From positions 2,094 through 66,093 of the forward strand of contig JAFQFT010000021.1 in NCBI GenBank assembly GCA_017398545.1: DNA of 64,000 nt, in the 5' to 3' direction. Source of the DNA: Bacilli bacterium. Its GTDB lineage: Bacteria; Bacillota_I; Bacilli_A; ML615J-28; CAG-313. The position numbers were made by a program, and so were the translations under genes. The stretch's first letter is position 1. Each line of letters opens with the position of its first letter. The notes below the pieces were generated by a model, which saw nothing but the letters and a program-made list of their open reading frames with translations, was not told the DNA's origin and ran no database searches. Shown in pieces: positions 59,394 through 64,000 of the stretch.

Positions 59394-61169
59394 TTATTCG
59401 TTATAATACTCTGCTTGAGCCATAAACATCTTCCTATATAAGCCTTCTTTATTTTTCATTAATTCTTCGTGAGTGCCAGTCTCAACAATATTATATCCAT
59501 CAAGCACTAATATTTTATCACTAAATATACAACTAGATAATCTATGTGAAATAAATAAAGTCAATTTTTCACCTACAACATCTTTGAAATGATAATAAAT
59601 TTTTGATTCACTTACAGGGTCTAAAGCACTTGTAGGTTCATCTAAAACTACAAAATCAGCATCTTTATAAAGAGCTCTTGCTAACGCAAACTTCTGAAGT
59701 TCACCACCAGAGAATTCAACACCTTTTTTATCAAACCACTTATTAATATAAGTGTTTTCTTTATTTGGAAGTTCATTTACTCTTTCAAGCGCCTCACTTC
59801 TTCTTAAAACGTCATATAGTTTTTCTTTGTTTTCATCAAGTATTGCAATATTATTTTTTATGCTAAAAGATATAATTTTAAAATCTTGAAATACAATAGC
59901 TAAACACTTCATATAATCATCATATTTATATAGTTTAATATTTTCTCCGTTAATTAATATTTCTCCTTCATTTACATCAAAAAATCTACATATCAACTTA
60001 ATTATTGTTGTTTTGCCACTTCCATTTAAACCAACTAATGATATTTTTTCTTTTGAATCTATTTTAAAGCTTAAATTTTTAAGTACATAATTATCACAGC
60101 GTGGATATTTAAAACTAACATTCTTAAATTCAATTGTTTCTATATTCTCAATTTTCTTTCTACCATCTTTAAATATCGTTTCTATTTCCATTAAATTAAT
60201 AAAGTTTTCTTGATATACACAATCTTGATAATATCTTTTTAATGAATATACTAAATTTGCAATTCCGTTATCTAATGTTTGTACCGATCCATACAGCATA
60301 GTAAATACTGTTAATTCTAAATTTTTATAATATATAGCAAATGCTAAAAGAACTATTGTTACAAATGTTGTAAATAAATAACTAAAACTATATTCAAATA
60401 AACTTACTTTATTTCGCTTTCTATTAGTTTCTTCTTCTATTCTAAAAAGTTCTTTGTTTACTTCATCACTTTTATTTTTAATTAAATTGTTTGCTTCATA
60501 CATTCTTAAATTTTTTTGACTTCTAAAGGCCATCATACTCTTTCCATAATACCATTGTTTTCTAAAAAATCTTACCGTACCATTATTAAACTCTTCATCA
60601 ATTTTTTGATATTTTCCATAAAATATAGTATTTAGAATAACACCAATTAGTGTAACAAATATAATTAAGAATTCACCACTAGCTATTATTATTCCAACAA
60701 CACTTAATATTGTAATTATATTTTGAATAAACTCTTTTATTGTCCAAGTGGTTGAATAAATACCATTACTATATTGATTTAAACAATTTTTCGCATAGCT
60801 TAATTCATCATTAAATTGTGGATCTTCTATATGAAAATAATCAATACGTGCAATCTTTTCATTGAATAATTTATCTATTTTAAAATCGGCTTTTTGAATA
60901 ATATAATAATTCATACTATTAAATATATTATCTAATACCCTACAAATAAATTGTACTACAATAAAAGTAATAACAATAATTAATAATTTGTGATAATCCT
61001 TGGTATAAAATAATTCATCTAAAATTAATTTTGGAAAAATGACCCAAGCAATACTACTAATTGAATTTACTAAGGCAACAATAACCATTACTACAAGCGA
61101 CATTGGACTTATCTTTAAAAGTAATGGAACAAAATATTTAAGATTTCTTTTTATCTTTTTTAATTTCAT
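59394..61169 (-). CDS. ABC exporter, fused permease/ATPase (heterodimer partner B)
   Basis: Six N-terminal TM helices, Walker A GLNGSGKTT, signature FSGGELQK, Walker B VVLDEPTSALD. Confidence 0.85.
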   Translation of the reverse strand: MKLKKIKRNLKYFVPLLLKISPMSLVVMVIVALVNSISSIAWVIFPKLILDELFYTKDYHKLLIIVITFIVVQFICRVLDNIFNSMNYYIIQKADFKIDKLFNEKIARIDYFHIEDPQFNDELSYAKNCLNQYSNGIYSTTWTIKEFIQNIITILSVVGIIIASGEFLIIFVTLIGVILNTIFYGKYQKIDEEFNNGTVRFFRKQWYYGKSMMAFRSQKNLRMYEANNLIKNKSDEVNKELFRIEEETNRKRNKVSLFEYSFSYLFTTFVTIVLLAFAIYYKNLELTVFTMLYGSVQTLDNGIANLVYSLKRYYQDCVYQENFINLMEIETIFKDGRKKIENIETIEFKNVSFKYPRCDNYVLKNLSFKIDSKEKISLVGLNGSGKTTIIKLICRFFDVNEGEILINGENIKLYKYDDYMKCLAIVFQDFKIISFSIKNNIAILDENKEKLYDVLRRSEALERVNELPNKENTYINKWFDKKGVEFSGGELQKFALARALYKDADFVVLDEPTSALDPVSESKIYYHFKDVVGEKLTLFISHRLSSCIFSDKILVLDGYNIVETGTHEELMKNKEGLYRKMFMAQAEYYNE

Positions 61170-62962
61170 TATTCTTTAGCCTCCTTGTAGTATTCTGCTT
61201 GCATATTAAATAGTTTCTTATATTCACTATCTATACTCATTAATTCTTCATGTGTTCCAACCTCTATTAATTCACCTTTTTCTAAATAGAATATTCTATC
61301 ACAAAATTTCGTTGAAGATAATCTATGCGAGATAAATATTGCAGAATTTTTATTGATAATTTTATTTAAGTTAATATAAAGATCATATTCTGCAAGTGGA
61401 TCAAGTGCACTTGTAGGTTCATCTAAAATTACAAATGGGGCATCCTTATAAATTGCCCTTGCGATAGAAAGTTTTTGACTTTCCCCACCAGATAATTCAA
61501 CACCAGTATCATCCATATCACGTGTAATAATCGTATCAATACCATTTTTTAATTCTTTTACTTTTTTTGTTAATCCTGCAAGTTCAAGAGCATTATATAA
61601 TTTTTCTTCATCTATATTTCCAATTGTCTCCATTGCGACATTTTCTTTTATGCTAACAGCATAATGATTTGAATCTTGAAAAACAGGTGCAATTAATTTT
61701 ATTAAACTTTCTCTATCAATTTCATTTATATTTACACCATTTATTAAAATTTCACCTTCAGTCGGATGATAAAATCCGCAAATTAATTTTATTAAAGTTG
61801 TTTTACCAGCACCATTATGTCCAACTATTGCTATACGTTCACCTTTATGAATCTTAAATGATAAGTTTTTCAAAGTAAATCCTTCTTGCATATAATAACT
61901 ATAACTAACATTTTTAAATTCTATTTCAACTTCGTCCCAAGAAAAAGGTCTAGTATTACCATTAAATGATAAATCCATCATCATAAACTCTCTATAATCA
62001 TTCACTTGTAAACTTTGTGATAAATTATTACTATAGTTATTAATTATTATAGTAAGAGATGATGATAATGTTCTTATCGCAGCTATAATAAACGTAAAAT
62101 CAGCAATACTCATATTATAATTAATTACCTCATAAATCATAAAAGCATATAAAACTATTTCATCTAGAATATTTAAAATTTCAATAACTATATTAATAAA
62201 ATTAGATCTAATTTCTTCTTTTTTATAAAGTCTCATATATTCATCAATAGTTTTTTGACGTTCCATATCTATAAATTTATCCATCTCATATATACGCAAA
62301 TCTTTACCAATGCTTAAATTTTTAGAAATATTATCAGTATAATTAATTTTTCTCCATAATCCAGGAGTTTTATCATGAAAATTACTTTTTTCTTTTTTTG
62401 TATTATAACTCATTAAAAAAAGTTTTAAAATTGCTAATAACACAATTATACCAATTAACCAAAAACTTACTCTTAGTATTATTCCACAACCAATTATAAA
62501 TGTAATTATTTTACTAATTGTAGTAAACATATTTGTATATAAACCAATGAAACCACTTCTTACACCAAGTGCACGTGAACCTTTCTCAAAGGCATCTTGT
62601 GATTCTGGTAACTCAAATTTTTCATAATCAGTTTTTAGTGATTCCAAATGATATTCTCTTGTAAATATTACAGATAACTTTCTTGCTCTATAAGCTTTAT
62701 CCCTCCAACAAGCTTGATTAATAAAAACTAAAATTAAAACAATTATAACAATAGCTAAGACTTTAACTATTAATTCTTTAAATTCAAGATTTTGTTCAAT
62801 AGCTTCAATTGCAATTTTCAATATATATGGATACATAAAAACTATTAATGCTGAAATGACTGTATAAACAATTGTTTCAATAACATATATTTTATCAACC
62901 TTATATATTTTTTTTAATGAATAGAAAAAATTCCTAATTATATTTGGTTTAGTAAAATCCAT
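61169..62962 (-). CDS. ABC exporter, fused permease/ATPase (heterodimer partner A)
   Basis: TM domain plus Walker A GHNGAGKTT, signature LSGGESQK and Walker B VILDEPTSALD. Its stop overlaps the start of the downstream partner. Confidence 0.85.
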   Translation of the reverse strand: MDFTKPNIIRNFFYSLKKIYKVDKIYVIETIVYTVISALIVFMYPYILKIAIEAIEQNLEFKELIVKVLAIVIIVLILVFINQACWRDKAYRARKLSVIFTREYHLESLKTDYEKFELPESQDAFEKGSRALGVRSGFIGLYTNMFTTISKIITFIIGCGIILRVSFWLIGIIVLLAILKLFLMSYNTKKEKSNFHDKTPGLWRKINYTDNISKNLSIGKDLRIYEMDKFIDMERQKTIDEYMRLYKKEEIRSNFINIVIEILNILDEIVLYAFMIYEVINYNMSIADFTFIIAAIRTLSSSLTIIINNYSNNLSQSLQVNDYREFMMMDLSFNGNTRPFSWDEVEIEFKNVSYSYYMQEGFTLKNLSFKIHKGERIAIVGHNGAGKTTLIKLICGFYHPTEGEILINGVNINEIDRESLIKLIAPVFQDSNHYAVSIKENVAMETIGNIDEEKLYNALELAGLTKKVKELKNGIDTIITRDMDDTGVELSGGESQKLSIARAIYKDAPFVILDEPTSALDPLAEYDLYINLNKIINKNSAIFISHRLSSTKFCDRIFYLEKGELIEVGTHEELMSIDSEYKKLFNMQAEYYKEAKE

Positions 62963-62980
62963 TTTAATTTCTACCTCCTT

Positions 62981-64000
62981 TTAATCTATAAATTCAAATA
63001 AAATTCCTCTTAATCTATTTATACAACTTATAATATCTTGTTTACGAATATCGTCAAACCACACATCACATTTAAAATTATACTGTATAACAATTTGATA
63101 TATCGATTCATCAAATAACTTATCATTTTTATTTAATATATTGTCTATAATATCGTTTTCCAAAAACTCATTTCTTGATAGAATTAGTTGTATTATATAC
63201 GCTAAATAATTAATTTGATTATCAGAAATTAACGTTGAAATAAATGTAATATCGGCTTGATACTCATCAATAACAATATTCTTACTCTTATCATTTGAAA
63301 CAATATTAAAATAATTAAACATTTCTTTTGTTTTAAAGTTTGCAATTTTTCTTTTAACATTAAATTTTGCTTCAACATTCTCTTCCATAATTTTCATCAA
63401 ATCTAATGTTCTTACAAAATTTGTTATATCTTTAGGAACATATTCTTCTAACAATAAAACACAATTTGCATATTTTAAATATACACTAGATCCACCTATT
63501 ACCAAAATAGTCGAAACATCATAATTTCTATATATTTCTTTAATTCGATTAGTAAATGGAATAATCGGATCATTTTTTACTACCAAATGCATATTGTAAT
63601 CTCTTATCATAAAATTTGTTGCACTTCTATCTTCATCAATTAAAAGTAATTTACTATTACAATTGATTGCCTCTATAATATTTACAGCCTGTGATATACT
63701 TCCACTAGCATCCTGAGTTGAGAAATTATAAATACCTTCACTTGATGGAATATATTTATAAAATGGCGAAATATCAGTATTTGTTACGTATCTACCATCT
63801 TCTGCACATATTTTCATTGCAGTATCATCAGTAATACAATATTCTCTTCCATCACCATATTCATGATTATAAACCCCCATTTCAATAGCTTCAAGTAACG
63901 TAGTTTTTCCAGAATATCCTCCTCCTGTAATAACAGTTATTCCTTTCTTAATCCCCATACCAAAAATCTCTTTTCCATCATTAAACTTAATACACACTTC
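62981..64000 (-). CDS. ABC_ATPase-domain (predicted ATPase of the ABC class) protein, N-terminus outside window
   Basis: GITVITGGGYSGKTTLLEAIEMGVYNH...GDGREY and LLLIDEDRSATNFM resemble the PF09818-type family. The frame is open to the window edge. Confidence 0.55.
   Translation of the reverse strand, partial: EVCIKFNDGKEIFGMGIKKGITVITGGGYSGKTTLLEAIEMGVYNHEYGDGREYCITDDTAMKICAEDGRYVTNTDISPFYKYIPSSEGIYNFSTQDASGSISQAVNIIEAINCNSKLLLIDEDRSATNFMIRDYNMHLVVKNDPIIPFTNRIKEIYRNYDVSTILVIGGSSVYLKYANCVLLLEEYVPKDITNFVRTLDLMKIMEENVEAKFNVKRKIANFKTKEMFNYFNIVSNDKSKNIVIDEYQADITFISTLISDNQINYLAYIIQLILSRNEFLENDIIDNILNKNDKLFDESIYQIVIQYNFKCDVWFDDIRKQDIISCINRLRGILFEFID

Overview
This is a very AT-rich, gene-dense bacterial chromosome segment, probably from the Bacillota or their wall-less relatives. 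It uses the standard genetic code: TGA is a stop at the purN/purH ATGA overlap, and Trp is TGG. Almost all genes are on the minus strand.

Core content:
- addA/rexB recombination nuclease.
- A single ~17-kb operon, purE-purM-purN-purH-purD-purL-purF-guaB-glnN(type III GS)-fhs-guaA, led by a ZTP (pfl-type) riboswitch, with purC divergent.
- A UPF0210/ACT gene pair.
- Many lipoproteins: InlB-B-repeat/SGNH, BspA-type LRR, and a Cthe_2159-like beta-helix with Cys-rich modules.
- A VTC + DUF4956 pair.
- Two fused ABC ATPase/FtsX-like permeases, one broken by a single in-frame TGA at a conserved Gly codon.
- A yybP-ykoY-like (Mn) riboswitch leading a Na/Pi cotransporter and a CaCA antiporter.
- An ECF sigma factor with a long C-terminal extension, two XRE-TPR regulators, and a pair of ABC exporters.

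The most interesting part is two small RNA-associated abortive-infection-type modules at the two ends of the pur/gua cluster.
1. A ~1.2-kb integrase-less insert is bracketed by a 116-bp duplication of the guaA 3' end. It carries an Abi_2/AbiF-type HEPN gene with its own consensus promoter. The gene is flanked on both sides by identical 42-nt GC-rich hairpin elements, making it a candidate RNA-antitoxin/HEPN-toxin cassette.
2. A ToxN/AbiQ-family gene is preceded by a consensus promoter, about 3.4 head-to-tail 35-nt repeats and terminators. This is the architecture of a type III toxin-antitoxin system.

No tRNA, rRNA, CRISPR array, transposase or integrase gene was seen.
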